From: Candidatus Saccharimonadota bacterium
GTDB lineage: Bacteria > Pseudomonadota > Gammaproteobacteria > Enterobacterales > Enterobacteriaceae
Assembly (NCBI RefSeq): GCF_012562765.1
Contig: NZ_CP046226.1
Span: 360,001-392,000, forward strand
Direction: 5' to 3'
DNA length: 32,000 nt
The notes beneath the pieces were generated by a model, which worked only from the letters and a program-made list of their open reading frames with translations, was not told the DNA's origin and did no database searches. Shown here one piece after another: positions 1 to 12,059 of this stretch (the first letter of the stretch is position 1; each line of letters starts with the position of its first letter). The position numbers and the translations under genes were made by a program.

Positions 1-3000
1 CCATACCTAAATGTGTTTCTAAAATTTGTCCTATATTCATTCTAGATGGTACACCTAATGGATTTAATACAATATCAACAGGATAACCATTATTATCATA
101 TGGCATATCTTCTACAGGACAAATTTTTGATATTACTCCTTTATTACCATGTCTTCCTGCCATTTTATCTCCTGGTTGTACTTGTCTTTTAACAGCTAAA
201 TTAACTTTAACTATTTTTAGTATACCAGGAGCTAAATCATCTCCTTGAGTTATTTTCTTTTTTTGTATATTAAGCATTTTATTAAATTTTATTTTTAATT
301 CATCATATTGTTTTACAAGATTATTTAATCTTTTTCCTTTCTCTTTATTTTGAGAAGAAAATAATTTAATCCAATAATTAAAAGAATATTTTAATATATC
401 TTCATTACAAATACCATTTTCTATTAAAAATAAATTTATACGTGTAGAAATATTTACTTCAAATATTTTTTGTTCAGCAAGTAAATCTTTTTTAATTTGT
501 TTTAATTCCATTTCTTCAATTTCTAAAGTTCTTTTATCTTTTTTTACTCCATCTCTTGTAAAAATTTTTACATCAATAACAGTTCCTGAAACTCCATTAG
601 GAACACGTAATGATGTATCTTTTACATCAGAAGCTTTTTCTCCAAAAATAGCACGTAATAATTTTTCTTCTGGTGATAATTGAGTTTCTCCTTTAGGAGT
701 TACTTTACCAACTAAAATATCACCACTAGTTACTTCAGCACCAATATATACAATTCCCGATTCATCTAATTTAGATAAAGAGGATTCACTAACATTAGGA
801 ATATCTGAAGTAATTTCTTCAGACCCTAATTTAGTATCACGAGATATACATGATAATTCTTGTATATGTATTGTTGTAAATCTATCTTCTTGTACAATTT
901 TTTCTGAAAGTAATATAGAATCTTCAAAATTATAACCATTCCATGGCATAAATGCTACTCTCATATTTTGACCTAATGCTAATTCACCTAAATCAGTTGA
1001 TGGTCCATCTGCTAATACATCTCCTTTTTCTACTAATTCATTTAATTTAATACATGGTATTTGATTAATACATGTATTTTGATTAGATCTTGTATATTTA
1101 GTTAAATGATAAATATCAATTCCTTTTTTTTGTATATTTCTTTTATTATCATTAATTTTTACAATAATACGAGATGCATCTACATATTGTACAATTCCTG
1201 AATTTTTTGCAATAATAGTTACTCCTGAATCTACAGCTACTATTCTTTCCATTCCAGTACCAATCAAAGGTTTTTCTGATCTTAAAGTAGGTACAGCTTG
1301 TCTTTGCATATTAGCACCCATTAATGCTCTATTTGCATCATCATGTTCTAAAAAAGGAATTAAAGATGCTCCTACAGAAACTATTTGTTGATTTGAAACA
1401 TCCATATAATTAATTTGTTCCTTTTTAAATAAACTAGATTCACCTTTATTTCTACATGTAACTAAATCATTTAAAATTAATCCATTTAATGGATTAATTT
1501 TTGTATTAGCTTGAGCAATAATAAAATTTCCTTCTTCTATAGAAGATAAATAATGAATAATATTAGTAACATAAGCATTATTAACACAACGATAAGGTGT
1601 TTCTAAAAAACCATATTCATTAGTTCTAGCATAAACTGATAATGAATTAATTAAACCTATATTAGGACCTTCTGGAGTTTCAATAGGACAGACTCTACCA
1701 TAATGAGTAGGATGAACATCTCTAACTTCAAAACCTGCTCTTTCTCTTGTTAAACCTCCAGGTCCTAAAGCTGAAATACGTCTTTTATGTGTAATTTCTG
1801 ATAGTGGATTATTTTGATCCATAAATTGAGATAATTGACTTGAACAAAAAAATTCTTTTATAGCAGCAGAAATAGGTTTAGCATTAATCATATCTTGAGG
1901 CATTACATTATTATTCTCATTTAATGATAATCGTTCTTTAACAGAACGTTCAACACGAATTAATCCTATACGAAATTGATTTTCTACCATTTCTCCAACA
2001 GATCTAATTCTTCTATTACCTAAGTGATCAATATCATCTATTTCTCCTTTTCCATTACGTATATCTATTAATTTTTTAATTACATCAACAATATCTTGTT
2101 TATTTAAAACTCCAGATCCAATAATATCTTTACGTAATAAAGAACGATTAAATTTCATCCTCCCTACTGAAGATAAATCATAACGTTCTATATTAAAGAA
2201 TAATTTTTTAAATAATAATTCTGCTGATTCTTTAGTAGGAGGTTCACCAGGTCTCATCATCCTATATATTTCTACTAAAGCTTCTAATTTATCATTAGTA
2301 ATATCTATTCTTAATGTTTCAGATATATATGGACCATGATCTAAATCATTAGTAAATATTGTATCAATTACATCATACTCATTATTTTCTAAAATACTAT
2401 TGATGCTATCTAATTCTAAATAAGAATTAGCAGAAATTATAATTTCTCCTGTTTTTTTATTTATATAGTCTTTGGATACTACTTTTCCTATAAGATAATC
2501 TTTTGGTATATTTATGTATTTAATTTTATTTTTTTTTAAATTATTTATATGTTTTAAAGTAATACGTTTTCCTTTTTCTATATAAACTACATCATTAATT
2601 ATAATATTAAATAATGCCGTTTCTCCTCTTAATCTATCAGGTATCAATTTCATTGATAATTTTTTATTTTTTATAATATAGATATTTTTTTCAAAAAAAA
2701 TATCTAAAATTTGTTCTATGTCATAACCTAAAGCTTTTAATATTATTGTAACTGGTAGTTTTCTTCTTCTATCAATACGAATAAAAATATTATCTTTAGG
2801 ATCAAATTCAAAATCTAACCATGATCCTCTATAAGGAATAATACGAGCATTATATAATATTTTTCCTGAAGTATGTGTTTTTCCTTTATCACTATCAAAA
2901 AATACTCCAGGACTACGATGTAATTGAGATACTACTACTCTTTCAATACCATTAATTATAAAAGTACCATTTTTTGTCATTAATGGGATTTCTCCCATAT

Positions 3001-3367
3001 ATACTTCTTGTTCCTTTATAATTTTTTTGTTTGTATCTGACAATTCTTTATTATAAATAATTAACTGTAATGTTACACGCAAAGGTGCAGAATAAGTCAT
3101 ACCTCTTATTTTACATTCTTTAACATTAAAAATAGTTTTACCTAAACGATAATTTATATAATGTAATTCACAATCACCACTATAACTATTTATTGGAAAA
3201 ATAGATTTAAAAGCAGCTTCTAATCCATATTTTCCCGTAAGATCTTGTTTTATGAAATTTTTAAATGAATCAAGTTGAATAGAAAGTAAATATGGAATAC
3301 CTAAAACCTGAGATTGTTTACCAAAATCTTTACGAATACGTTTTTTTTCAGTTTGAGAATAAACCAT
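1..3367 (-). CDS. rpoB: DNA-directed RNA polymerase beta subunit. This is the N-terminal 1122 codons; the 3' end runs off the window.
   Basis: The reverse complement of 3343-3367 reads ATG GTT TAT TCT CAA ACT GAA AAA AAA CGT = [10 protein letters not shown] (E. coli MVYSYTEKKR), with GAGGAA 5 nt upstream. The reverse complement of the window start reads [25 protein letters not shown], a conserved RpoB block in the same frame. No competing ORF of 60 aa or more is listed on either strand in 1-3515, consistent with one uninterrupted frame. Confidence 0.95.
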   Translation of the reverse strand, partial: MVYSQTEKKRIRKDFGKQSQVLGIPYLLSIQLDSFKNFIKQDLTGKYGLEAAFKSIFPINSYSGDCELHYINYRLGKTIFNVKECKIRGMTYSAPLRVTLQLIIYNKELSDTNKKIIKEQEVYMGEIPLMTKNGTFIINGIERVVVSQLHRSPGVFFDSDKGKTHTSGKILYNARIIPYRGSWLDFEFDPKDNIFIRIDRRRKLPVTIILKALGYDIEQILDIFFEKNIYIIKNKKLSMKLIPDRLRGETALFNIIINDVVYIEKGKRITLKHINNLKKNKIKYINIPKDYLIGKVVSKDYINKKTGEIIISANSYLELDSINSILENNEYDVIDTIFTNDLDHGPYISETLRIDITNDKLEALVEIYRMMRPGEPPTKESAELLFKKLFFNIERYDLSSVGRMKFNRSLLRKDIIGSGVLNKQDIVDVIKKLIDIRNGKGEIDDIDHLGNRRIRSVGEMVENQFRIGLIRVERSVKERLSLNENNNVMPQDMINAKPISAAIKEFFCSSQLSQFMDQNNPLSEITHKRRISALGPGGLTRERAGFEVRDVHPTHYGRVCPIETPEGPNIGLINSLSVYARTNEYGFLETPYRCVNNAYVTNIIHYLSSIEEGNFIIAQANTKINPLNGLILNDLVTCRNKGESSLFKKEQINYMDVSNQQIVSVGASLIPFLEHDDANRALMGANMQRQAVPTLRSEKPLIGTGMERIVAVDSGVTIIAKNSGIVQYVDASRIIVKINDNKRNIQKKGIDIYHLTKYTRSNQNTCINQIPCIKLNELVEKGDVLADGPSTDLGELALGQNMRVAFMPWNGYNFEDSILLSEKIVQEDRFTTIHIQELSCISRDTKLGSEEITSDIPNVSESSLSKLDESGIVYIGAEVTSGDILVGKVTPKGETQLSPEEKLLRAIFGEKASDVKDTSLRVPNGVSGTVIDVKIFTRDGVKKDKRTLEIEEMELKQIKKDLLAEQKIFEVNISTRINLFLIENGICNEDILKYSFNYWIKLFSSQNKEKGKRLNNLVKQYDELKIKFNKMLNIQKKKITQGDDLAPGILKIVKVNLAVKRQVQPGDKMAGRHGNKGVISKICPVEDMPYDNNGYPVDIVLNPLGVPSRMNIGQILETHLGM

Positions 3368-3515
3368 ATGGTTCCTCAGTTATCTGATAAATTGAGTAAA
3401 TTTATTTACTATTTTATACTAATAAATAGTGTATATAGCATTTTAAATTTTATATTATTAATAATATAATATATATTATAAAATATTTAAAAAATTTATT
3501 AATTTTTTATTAAAA

Positions 3516-3887
3516 TTATTTAATTTCTATTTCAGCTCCAGATGTTTTTAATATTTTTTCTAAAGCTAAAGCTTCTTCTTTACTAATAGCTTCTTTAAGT
3601 AGAACAGGAGCTGATTCTACTAAATCTTTGGATTCTTTTAATCCTAAATTCATAGAATTTCTTACTGCTTTTATTACTGCTATCTTGTTTTTACCTATAT
3701 TTTTTAAATATAAATTAAATTCAGTTTGTTCTTCTACTTCTTCTGTAATTTTATCATTAATTTTATTTGTCATAACAGCAGTAGATGATACTCCAAATTT
3801 TTTTTCCATATCACTTATTAAATCCATTATATCCATAATAGACATAGTACTAACAGCTTCTATTATTTGTTTTTTAGTTATAGACAT
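3516..3887 (-). CDS. rplL: 50S ribosomal protein L7/L12
   Basis: The 123-aa translation ([12 protein letters not shown]...GAEIEIK) aligns end to end with E. coli L7/L12. It sits in the conserved position between rplJ and rpoB. Confidence 0.95.
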   Translation of the reverse strand: MSITKKQIIEAVSTMSIMDIMDLISDMEKKFGVSSTAVMTNKINDKITEEVEEQTEFNLYLKNIGKNKIAVIKAVRNSMNLGLKESKDLVESAPVLLKEAISKEEALALEKILKTSGAEIEIK

Positions 3888-3941
3888 AAAAAATTCCTAA
3901 AAGTAAAAAATAATACAGTATTTTTTAATAAAAATTATTTG

Positions 3942-4442
3942 TTATAAATTATTTTTTTTTATATTTTTAATAATTGCTAATATTTTGATAAATTTTACTA
4001 TAGCAGCTTCTTTAATTATAGCTAACATAAGAGATAAAGCTTCTTTATACGTAGGTAATGTAGCTAATTTATCGATATCTTTAGCATCAATTAATTTACC
4101 ATTATAAGAAGCAACTTTAATTTTAAAGTTAGTATTATTTTTAGAAAATTCTTTAAATAAACGTGCTGCTGCTCCAGGATGTTTAAGTGAATATCCAATT
4201 AATATTGGTCCATTTAATTGATTTTGTAAACATTCAAAATTACTATTTTTTATAATTAATTTTAATAATTTATTTCTAACAACTCCTATAAAAATATGAT
4301 TTTCACGACTGTTTTTTCTTAATTGAGTAATATTATTAACACTTATACCACAAGCATCAGCAATAACGACAGATAAAGCTTTTTGATTTATTTTACTTAA
4401 TTTTGCAACAATCATTTTTTTTTCTTTAATATTTAATGGCAT
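3942..4442 (-). CDS. rplJ: 50S ribosomal protein L10
   Basis: The 166-aa translation contains HPGAAARLFKEF and LATLPTYKEA blocks identical or near-identical to E. coli L10. AGGAG lies upstream, and the gene is in rplKAJL order. Confidence 0.93.
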   Translation of the reverse strand: MPLNIKEKKMIVAKLSKINQKALSVVIADACGISVNNITQLRKNSRENHIFIGVVRNKLLKLIIKNSNFECLQNQLNGPILIGYSLKHPGAAARLFKEFSKNNTNFKIKVASYNGKLIDAKDIDKLATLPTYKEALSLMLAIIKEAAIVKFIKILAIIKNIKKNNL

Positions 4443-4596
4443 TAGATTATTGCACTCCTGAGTTTTTAATATAAAAGAATTAAATTATTAGAATTGATAT
4501 TTTAAATATAAAATAATTGTATAAAAAAAGTTTATAATATATTTAATTAAAAACAGTTATTTTAATATAAAAAAAACCATTCGTAAAGTAAAAAAA

Positions 4597-5292
4597 TTAA
4601 ATATTTATTAAAGACGTTGTTATATCAATAGATATTCCCATTGTTGATGAAATATATATTTTTTTGATAAAATTTCCTTTTACTTGTGCTGGTTTATATT
4701 TTTTTAGAACATTTATTATATATTCTATATTTTCTTTTATTTTATAATTATCAAAATTAATTTTTCCTACATTAGTATGAATAATACCATTTTTATCATT
4801 ACGAAAAGTAATTTGTCCGTTTTTAATTTTTGTTATGGTTTCTTTTATATTTTTAGTAATAGTTCCTAATTTAGGATTAGGCATTATCCCACGTGGACCT
4901 AAAATAGGAGCTAATTTTCTAACTAAATCCATTGCTTCGGGAATAGTTATTACTACATTAATTTTTTTTTCACCATTTTTAATTTTTATTGCTAAATCTT
5001 CCATACCAACTAAATCTGCACCTGCTTCTTTAGCTTCTATTGCTTTAATTCCATAAGCAAATACAGCAATTTTTATATTTTTTCCTGTTCCATGAGGTAA
5101 AATAATATTATTTCTAATGTTTTGTTCTGATTTTCTTGAATCTATTCCTAATTGAACTGCAATATCAATACTTTCAATAAAATGAACTGTACTAAGTTTT
5201 TTTAATTTATTAATAGCTTCATCAATAGAAAATTTTTTATTTTGATTAATTTTACTATACATATTAGTCATACGTTTTGTTTGTTTAACCAT
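4597..5292 (-). CDS. rplA: 50S ribosomal protein L1
   Basis: The 231-aa translation has LPHGTGK, GPRGIMPNPKLGT and RNDKNGIIHT blocks, as in E. coli L1. Confidence 0.95.
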   Translation of the reverse strand: MVKQTKRMTNMYSKINQNKKFSIDEAINKLKKLSTVHFIESIDIAVQLGIDSRKSEQNIRNNIILPHGTGKNIKIAVFAYGIKAIEAKEAGADLVGMEDLAIKIKNGEKKINVVITIPEAMDLVRKLAPILGPRGIMPNPKLGTITKNIKETITKIKNGQITFRNDKNGIIHTNVGKINFDNYKIKENIEYIINVLKKYKPAQVKGNFIKKIYISSTMGISIDITTSLINI

Positions 5293-5298
5293 TATATT

Positions 5299-5727
5299 TT
5301 AATCCTCTATCACTAAACCCATAGAAAGAGCTGTTCCTTCTATAGAAAGCATCATTGCTTCAATATTTATTCCTGTCATATCTACAGATTTTAATTTTGC
5401 TATCTGACGAATTTGATCATGAGTTATTTTACCTATTTTTTCTAATTTTGGTTTACTAGAACCAGATTTAATTCCTATCGCTTTTTTTATTAAAAATGAT
5501 GCAGGAGGTGTTTTAGTAATAAATGAAAAAGAACGATCTGAATAAATAGTAATTATAACAGGAATAGGCATACCTTTTTCTAAATTACTAGTTTGAACGT
5601 TAAATTTTTTACAAAAATCCATTATATTAACTCCATGTTGTCCTAATGCAGGTCCAATAGGTGGACTAGGATTAGCAATACCTGCTGAAACTTGTAATTT
5701 AACATAAGTTTTAATTTTTTTTGCCAT
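5299..5727 (-). CDS. rplK: 50S ribosomal protein L11
   Basis: The 142-aa translation [40 protein letters not shown] matches the E. coli L11 N-terminus closely. Confidence 0.95.
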   Translation of the reverse strand: MAKKIKTYVKLQVSAGIANPSPPIGPALGQHGVNIMDFCKKFNVQTSNLEKGMPIPVIITIYSDRSFSFITKTPPASFLIKKAIGIKSGSSKPKLEKIGKITHDQIRQIAKLKSVDMTGINIEAMMLSIEGTALSMGLVIED

Positions 5728-5783
5728 AATTTTTCCTTTTAATTAATAATTTAATTAAAAAATAGAAAATTAATATAAATAAA

Positions 5784-6329
5784 TTATCCTTTTTCTACTT
5801 GATTAAAATCTAGATCAACAGGTGTTGCTCTACCAAAAATTGATACTGATACTTTCAAACGACTTTTTTCGTAATCAACTTCTTCAACAACACCATTAAA
5901 ATCAGAAAAAGGACCATCATTTACACGAATCATTTCCCCAGCTTCAAATAATATTTTTGGTCTTGGTTTATCTCCAATTTGTTGAAGACGACTTTTTATT
6001 ATATCTATTTCTTTATTACTAATAGGTGATGGATTATCAGAAGTACCTCCTACAAAACCTAATACTCTAGGAACACTACGAACTAAATGCCAACTAATAT
6101 CTTTCATAATCATATTAATTAAAATATAACCAGGAAAAAATTTACGTTCACTTTTATAACGTTGTCCACTACGAATTTCTACGACTTCTTCAGTAGGTAT
6201 TAAAATTTCTCCAAAAAGATCATCCATATTATTAATATTAATATGTTCTTTTAGAGATTTTGCTACACGATTTTCAAATCCAGATCGAGCTTGAATTACA
6301 TACCATCTTTTTTTTATAGATTTTGTCAT
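5784..6329 (-). CDS. nusG: Transcription termination/antitermination factor NusG
   Basis: The 181-aa translation begins [15 protein letters not shown], has FPGYILI, and ends with the KOW-like C-terminus [15 protein letters not shown]. It directly abuts the secE stop. Confidence 0.93.
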   Translation of the reverse strand: MTKSIKKRWYVIQARSGFENRVAKSLKEHININNMDDLFGEILIPTEEVVEIRSGQRYKSERKFFPGYILINMIMKDISWHLVRSVPRVLGFVGGTSDNPSPISNKEIDIIKSRLQQIGDKPRPKILFEAGEMIRVNDGPFSDFNGVVEEVDYEKSRLKVSVSIFGRATPVDLDFNQVEKG

Positions 6330-6713
6330 TTATAATCTCATATTAGTTAAAAAAGATATTAAATAAATTAAAATGTTATCAAGTCCCCAAATAATTATTG
6401 ATATAATTAAAGTAATTATTATAACAATTGAAGTTATGTGTAAAGTTTCCTTATAAGTTGGCCAAATTACTTTGCGTGTTTCTATACGTGATTCACGAAT
6501 AAATAAAAATATTTTTTTTCCTTTATCAGTAGATAATATAATAAAAATTATTAAAATTAATATAGGGCAAATAATTATTATTCTAATAGGAAATTCTACA
6601 TTTTGATATAAATAATCATATACTATAATTGAAATAAATAAAAATAGACTAATAGTCCATTTTAAAAAATTTAAAATGTGTTTACTCCCTTTAAATCTTA
6701 AATTATTAATCAT
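6330..6713 (-). CDS. secE: Preprotein translocase subunit SecE
   Basis: 127 aa, the same length as E. coli SecE. It has three hydrophobic segments and the conserved RESRIETRKVIWPT motif before the last TM. The position upstream of nusG is conserved. Confidence 0.88.
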   Translation of the reverse strand: MINNLRFKGSKHILNFLKWTISLFLFISIIVYDYLYQNVEFPIRIIIICPILILIIFIILSTDKGKKIFLFIRESRIETRKVIWPTYKETLHITSIVIIITLIISIIIWGLDNILIYLISFLTNMRL

Positions 6714-6815
6714 ATTTTAACCAATAAAAAATAAATTTAGTTCAATAACATATTTAAAATTATATTTTATAAAAAATTATTTATAATTAGATAATTTTTG
6801 TTATTTTAAATTATT

Positions 6816-6852
6816 AAAAAAAGAATCAAAGGGATTAGTATTTTAATACCCT
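6816..6852 (-). terminator. Candidate intrinsic terminator or attenuator downstream of tuf
   Basis: The minus strand reads AGGG-T-ATTA AAATAC TAAT CCCT, a 4+4 bp stem with a 1-nt bulge and a 6-nt loop. It is followed by TTGATTCTTTTTTT. The stem is weak and the U-tract is not immediately adjacent. Confidence 0.3.
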
Positions 6853-6875
6853 ATCATCTTCTTTTATTTTTATTA

Positions 6876-8060
6876 TTATTTTAATATTTTAGTAACAACT
6901 CCTGCACCAACAGTTCTTCCTCCTTCACGAATAGCAAATCTTAAACCATCAGTCATAGCAATAGGATTTATTAAAGTGACAGTCATTTTAATATTATCAC
7001 CTGGCATTACCATCTCAATTTCTTCTGATAATTCTATAGTTCCAGTTACATCAGTAGTTCTAAAATAAAACTGAGGACGATAACCTTTAAAAAAAGCAGT
7101 ATGTCTTCCACCTTCATCTTTGGATAAAACATATACTTCTGATTCAAATTGAGTATGAGGTTTTATAGATCCTGGTTTAGCTAAAACTTGACCTCTTTCA
7201 ATTTCTTCTCTTTTAATTCCTCTTAGTAAAATTCCTACATTTTCTCCAGCACGACCTTCATCTAATAATTTACGAAACATTTCAACTCCTGTACAAGTAG
7301 ATTTTACGGTATCTCTAATACCAACAATTTCTACTTCTTCTCCTACTTTAATTATTCCTCTTTCTACCCTTCCAGTTACAACTGTACCTCTTCCAGAAAT
7401 AGAAAAAACATCTTCAATTGGTAATAAAAAAGGTTGTTCAATAGCTCTTTTAGGTTCAGGTATATAATTATCTAAACAATTTGATAATTCAATAATTTTC
7501 TTTTCCCAAATTATATCTCCTTCTAATGCTTTAAGAGCAGAACCATGAATTATTGGAGTTTTTTCTCCTGGAAAATCATATTGAGTTAATAAATCACGTA
7601 TTTCCATTTCTACTAATTCTAGTAATTCTTCATCATCAACTAAGTCACATTTATTAAGAAAAACAACAATATAAGGTACTCCTACTTGTCTTGCTAATAA
7701 AATATGTTCTCTTGTTTGAGGCATAGGACCATCTGTAGCTGCAACTACTAATATAGCTCCATCCATCTGAGCTGCTCCAGTAATCATATTTTTTACATAA
7801 TCTGCATGTCCAGGACAGTCAACATGTGCATAATGACGATATTTTGTATCATATTCTACATGAGAAGTATTAATAGTAATACCTCTTTCTTTTTCTTCTG
7901 GAGCATTATCTATTTGATCGAAAGCTTTAGCTGAACCACCATATTTTTTAGATAACACAGTTGTAATAGCTGCTGTTAAAGTTGTTTTACCATGATCAAC
8001 ATGTCCTATAGTACCTACATTAATATGTGGTTTAGAACGTTTAAATTTTTCTTTAGACAT
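6876..8060 (-). CDS. tuf: Elongation factor Tu
   Basis: The 394-aa translation is near-identical to E. coli EF-Tu over its full length ([27 protein letters not shown]). Confidence 0.98.
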   Translation of the reverse strand: MSKEKFKRSKPHINVGTIGHVDHGKTTLTAAITTVLSKKYGGSAKAFDQIDNAPEEKERGITINTSHVEYDTKYRHYAHVDCPGHADYVKNMITGAAQMDGAILVVAATDGPMPQTREHILLARQVGVPYIVVFLNKCDLVDDEELLELVEMEIRDLLTQYDFPGEKTPIIHGSALKALEGDIIWEKKIIELSNCLDNYIPEPKRAIEQPFLLPIEDVFSISGRGTVVTGRVERGIIKVGEEVEIVGIRDTVKSTCTGVEMFRKLLDEGRAGENVGILLRGIKREEIERGQVLAKPGSIKPHTQFESEVYVLSKDEGGRHTAFFKGYRPQFYFRTTDVTGTIELSEEIEMVMPGDNIKMTVTLINPIAMTDGLRFAIREGGRTVGAGVVTKILK

Positions 8061-8129
8061 AGAATAATTCCTTCTATATTATTTTTTTATGAAATAAAAA
8101 ATAAAAATTATTTAATTACTTAGCTATTA

Positions 8130-10247
8130 TTAGTTACACCTAGAATCAATAATAATTTGTGAAATATTATTAGGTGCTTCTGTATATTTTAAAAATTCCA
8201 TAGAATAAGATGATCTTCCTTGAGTATAAGAACGTAAATCAGTAGCATAACCAAACATTTCAGATAATGGTACACAAGCACGTATTAATTTACCAGTTGG
8301 AATATTATCTATTCCTTCTATAATTCCTCTTCTACGATTTAAGTCTCCTATTACATCTCCCATATATTCTTCAGGAGTTTCTACTTCTACTTTCATAATA
8401 GGTTCTAATAATACTGGATTAGCTTTTTTAAATGCATTTTTAAATGCAATTGAAGCAGCTAATTTAAATGCTAATTCTGAGGAATCTACATCATGATATG
8501 ATCCATAATGCAATCTAACTGCTATATTTACAACTGGATATCCAGCCATTGGTCCTGATTTTAATTGTTCTTGAATACTTTTATCTATAGAAGAAATATA
8601 TTCACTAGGTATTACACCACCTTTTATATCGTTAGTAAATAAGTATCCTATGTTATTTTTTTTATCAATTTTTATTGGAGATATATCTATAACAACATGA
8701 CCATATTGTCCTCTTCCACCAGTTTGTTTAATATGCTTACCTTCTATGTTTAATGCATCTTTTTTTATAGTTTCACGATAAGATACTTGAGGTTTACCAA
8801 CATTAGCAGATACATTAAATTCTCTTTTCATCCTATCAACTATAATTTCTAAATGAAGTTCACCCATACCAGCAATTATAGTTTGATTACTTTCTTCGTC
8901 AGTCCAAGTACGTAATGATGGATCTTCCTTTGTTAATCTATTTAATGCTAATCCCATTTTTTCTTGATCAACTTTAGTTTTAGGTTCTATTGCAATAGAA
9001 ATTACAGGTTCTGGAAATTCCATTTTTTCAAGAATAATACTTTTTTCAGGTGAACATAATGTATCTCCTGTAGTAACATCTTTTAAACCAATTGCAGCAG
9101 CAATATCGCCAGCATGAACTTTTTTAATTTCTTCACGTTTATTAGCGTGCATTTGTACAATTCTTCCAATTCGTTCTTTTTGCATTTTAATAGAATTAAA
9201 AATTAAATCACCACTACTTACTGTACCAGAATATACTCTAAAAAATGTTAAGTTACCAACAAATGGATCATTTGCTATTTTAAAAGCTAATGCAGAAAAA
9301 GGTTCATCATCATTTGATTGACGAATAGATAATATTTTTTGTTTATTATCTATAATTCCTTCTATAGGAGGTATATCAGTTGGTGCTGGTAAAAATTCAA
9401 TTACTGCATCTAACATTGCTTGTACTCCTTTATTTTTAAAAGCAGAGCCACAAGTTATTAAAGTAATTTCATTATTTAATACTCTTTTTCTTAAAGATAA
9501 TTTTATTTCTTCTTCAGTAAGATTTATTCCATTTAAATATTTATCCATTAATTTTTCATCTGATTCTACAGCTGATTCAATTAATTTTTGATTCCAAAAT
9601 TTTGATTCTTTTATCATATTTATAGGTATATTATCATAATTAAAAGTTATACCTTGATCTTGATCATTCCAACTTATTGCTTTCATTTTAATTAAATCTA
9701 TAACACCAATAAATTTATCTTCTGATCCAATAGGTAATTGTATTGGAACAGCTTCTGTAAATAAATTTTTTTGAATTTGGTTAACAACTTTTAAAAAATT
9801 GGCACCCATTCGATCCATTTTATTTATAAATGCTATTCTTGGAACTTTATATTTATTTGCTTGTCTCCATACTGTTTCTGATTGTGGTTGAACACCTCCA
9901 ACAGCGCAATAAATCATTACTACTCCATCTAAAATTCTCATAGATCTTTCTACTTCAATTGTAAAATCAACATGTCCAGGTGTATCAATAATATTAATTC
10001 TATGTGATTTATATTGGTTAGCCATTCCTGACCAGAAAGCTGTAGTAGCCGCAGATGTAATAGTAATTCCTCTTTCTTGTTCTTGTTCCATCCAATCCAT
10101 AGTAGCGGCACCATCATGTACTTCACCTATTTTATGATTAACTCCAGTATAAAAAAGAATCCTTTCAGTAGTAGTAGTTTTACCTGCATCAATATGTGCA
10201 CTAATACCAATATTACGGTAACGTGATATAGGAGTTATACGACTCAT
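8130..10247 (-). CDS. fusA: Elongation factor G
   Basis: The 705-aa translation has [27 protein letters not shown] and NKMD motifs and is colinear with E. coli EF-G. Confidence 0.97.
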   Translation of the reverse strand: MSRITPISRYRNIGISAHIDAGKTTTTERILFYTGVNHKIGEVHDGAATMDWMEQEQERGITITSAATTAFWSGMANQYKSHRINIIDTPGHVDFTIEVERSMRILDGVVMIYCAVGGVQPQSETVWRQANKYKVPRIAFINKMDRMGANFLKVVNQIQKNLFTEAVPIQLPIGSEDKFIGVIDLIKMKAISWNDQDQGITFNYDNIPINMIKESKFWNQKLIESAVESDEKLMDKYLNGINLTEEEIKLSLRKRVLNNEITLITCGSAFKNKGVQAMLDAVIEFLPAPTDIPPIEGIIDNKQKILSIRQSNDDEPFSALAFKIANDPFVGNLTFFRVYSGTVSSGDLIFNSIKMQKERIGRIVQMHANKREEIKKVHAGDIAAAIGLKDVTTGDTLCSPEKSIILEKMEFPEPVISIAIEPKTKVDQEKMGLALNRLTKEDPSLRTWTDEESNQTIIAGMGELHLEIIVDRMKREFNVSANVGKPQVSYRETIKKDALNIEGKHIKQTGGRGQYGHVVIDISPIKIDKKNNIGYLFTNDIKGGVIPSEYISSIDKSIQEQLKSGPMAGYPVVNIAVRLHYGSYHDVDSSELAFKLAASIAFKNAFKKANPVLLEPIMKVEVETPEEYMGDVIGDLNRRRGIIEGIDNIPTGKLIRACVPLSEMFGYATDLRSYTQGRSSYSMEFLKYTEAPNNISQIIIDSRCN

Positions 10248-10417
10248 TTGATTCCTCTATTATATAAATATTGAAAATTTAAATATATTATTAAATTCAT
10301 TAATAATAATGAATATTACATAATATTGATATATTTATTAGCTACAACATATTTTATTGATGAATTTATTATTTCAATAATTTAATACTTATATATTAAG
10401 TAATATATTGAGATTTA

Positions 10418-10888
10418 TTACCAACGATAATGAGCAAAAGCTTTATTAGCTTCAGCCATACGATGTACTTCTTCTTTTTTTTTGACTGCATTACCTTTAT
10501 TTTCTATAGCATCAGATATCTCATGAGCTAATCTTAATGACATGGATTTATCATTTCTTTTTCTTGCAGCATCTACTAACCAACGCATTGCTAATGTGTT
10601 TCTTCGTGTAGGTCTAACTTCTACTGGAACTTGATAAGTTGATCCTCCTACTCGACGAGATTTTACTTCTACCATAGGTTTTACATTTTCTAATGCATCT
10701 AAAAAAGTATCTAATTCATTTTTACCAACATTTTTAGCTATTGATTTTAAAGCTGAATAAACAATAGATTCTGCTATAGATTTTTTTCCATTAACCATTA
10801 ATATATTAATAAATTTAGCAAGTAAATTTGATTCAAATTTAGGATCTGGTAATATTTTACGTTGACTAATTATACGTCTACGAGACAT
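10418..10888 (-). CDS. rpsG: 30S ribosomal protein S7
   Basis: The translation from the internal Met ([18 protein letters not shown]...AFAHYRW) is colinear with E. coli S7 ([18 protein letters not shown]...AFAHYRW). The ORF-track start at 10903 adds 5 non-homologous residues, so I prefer 10888. Confidence 0.93.
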   Translation of the reverse strand: MSRRRIISQRKILPDPKFESNLLAKFINILMVNGKKSIAESIVYSALKSIAKNVGKNELDTFLDALENVKPMVEVKSRRVGGSTYQVPVEVRPTRRNTLAMRWLVDAARKRNDKSMSLRLAHEISDAIENKGNAVKKKEEVHRMAEANKAFAHYRW

Positions 10889-10910
10889 AATATAATACTC
10901 CATATTAATA

Positions 10911-11282
10911 TTATTTAGATTTTTTTACACCATATTTAGAGCGTCCTTTTTTTCTTTCTTTTACACCGGAACAATCCAATGCTCCTCTAATTGTATGATA
11001 TCTAACACCTGGTAAATCTTTTACTCTACCTCCTCTAATTAATACTACAGAATGTTCTTGTAAATTATGTCCTTCTCCTGGTATATAAGAAGTAACTTCA
11101 AATCCATTAGTTAAACGAACTCTACAAACTTTTCTTAATGCTGAATTTGGTTTTTTAGGTGTTGTTGTGTATACTTTAATACAAACACCTCTTTTTTGAG
11201 GGCATGAACTTAAAGCAGGAACATTACCTTTAATAATTTTACGAATTCGTTGTTTTCGAACCAATTGATTTACTGTTGCCAT
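10911..11282 (-). CDS. rpsL: 30S ribosomal protein S12
   Basis: The 123-aa translation [10 protein letters not shown]...[10 protein letters not shown]...[13 protein letters not shown] is near-identical to E. coli S12. Confidence 0.97.
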   Translation of the reverse strand: MATVNQLVRKQRIRKIIKGNVPALSSCPQKRGVCIKVYTTTPKKPNSALRKVCRVRLTNGFEVTSYIPGEGHNLQEHSVVLIRGGRVKDLPGVRYHTIRGALDCSGVKERKKGRSKYGVKKSK

Positions 11283-11365
11283 TATTTTACTTCCTAAATA
11301 AAATTATTATAGTTTAAATAATTTTTATATAAATTATATTTATATAATTACATCAAAAATTATAA

Positions 11366-11665
11366 TTACCAAAATATTTGTTGTTTATTTTTTATTGTTA
11401 AAGATACAAAATCTTTATATTCTATTTGTATTATTTTCTTAGATATTATATTTAATAATCCTCTTGACTCTATATCATTTTTTATACCAAAAATATGAAA
11501 TGGAATCTTATTTTTAACTTTTATTATTTTTTTCATTGAAAAACTATTTTTTAAACCAGCTAAAACACCATCCTGAATTAAAATTAAATCATCATTTTCA
11601 CTTATATACTTTAAAAGTAAAGAAAAATTACAAGATGATGGTGAATTAAATAAAGTATATAACAT
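11366..11665 (-). CDS. tusB: Sulfurtransferase complex subunit TusB (DsrH family)
   Basis: 99 aa. It aligns with E. coli TusB/YheL (MLHTLHRSP...LLLLQDGV...DYTDFVRLTVKH versus MLYTLFNSP...LILIQDGV...EYKDFVSLTIKN). The position upstream of rpsL is conserved. Confidence 0.85.
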   Translation of the reverse strand: MLYTLFNSPSSCNFSLLLKYISENDDLILIQDGVLAGLKNSFSMKKIIKVKNKIPFHIFGIKNDIESRGLLNIISKKIIQIEYKDFVSLTIKNKQQIFW

Positions 11666-11690
11666 AAATTTAATTTTTATAAATTACCAT

Positions 11691-12059
11691 TTAAAAATGT
11701 AAAATTTTATCATAATTATTAAGTTTTTTTTTCCAAAATAAAGAATCAATAATTTTTATAGGTACTGTCCAATATTTTTTTTTATCAAAATTTTTTAAAC
11801 CTAATCTTTTTAAAGAATCAGAACAAATAAAATAATCATTTATATTACAAATATTTAAAATACTAAAACTAATACTATAATTAGGAAACAATATTTTTTC
11901 TGGTTTTTGTTTAGCTATTATTTGAAAAATACCATCTCCTATAAAAAATAATGCTATATCCTCATGAAATGAGGATATAGAAATTATAGTATCTAATCCT
12001 TCTTGACCAGAATTATTACCATATGGAGCTTGAGAAAAAATAAAAGCTATTTTATTCAT
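11691..12059 (-). CDS. tusC: Sulfurtransferase complex subunit TusC (DsrF family)
   Basis: 122 aa. The N-terminus MNKIAFIFSQAPYGNNSGQEGLD compares with E. coli TusC [23 protein letters not shown], and the C-terminus NYDKILHF with NYDVILRF. Confidence 0.88.
   Translation of the reverse strand: MNKIAFIFSQAPYGNNSGQEGLDTIISISSFHEDIALFFIGDGIFQIIAKQKPEKILFPNYSISFSILNICNINDYFICSDSLKRLGLKNFDKKKYWTVPIKIIDSLFWKKKLNNYDKILHF

Noticed and set aside
3628-3900. 90-aa plus-strand ORF overlapping rplL. Similar antisense ORFs occur at 4835-5056 (+, inside rplA), 16797-17081 (-, inside rplI) and 20159-20344 (-, inside htpG).
   Set aside because: Each lies entirely antisense to a well-supported conserved gene. 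The translations are low-complexity I/F/L/S-rich strings typical of the complement of AT-rich coding sequence. No Shine-Dalgarno or homology is recognisable.
10248-10417. An unusually long (170 bp) rpsG-fusA spacer with an 8-bp hairpin (10295-10314).
   Set aside because: No small ORF with a Shine-Dalgarno is present. The hairpin is almost entirely A/T with a 4-nt loop and is indistinguishable from background. The spacer is likely simple drift or an internal-promoter region, and nothing testable stands out from sequence alone.
10889-10903. N-terminal extensions implied by the ORF track for rpsG (MEYYI-) and rplI (TTG start at 16765, MRYI-).
   Set aside because: The extensions have no counterpart in the E. 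coli orthologues. The internal ATGs (10888 and 16777) restore exact colinearity, and for rplI the ATG is preceded by GAGG.
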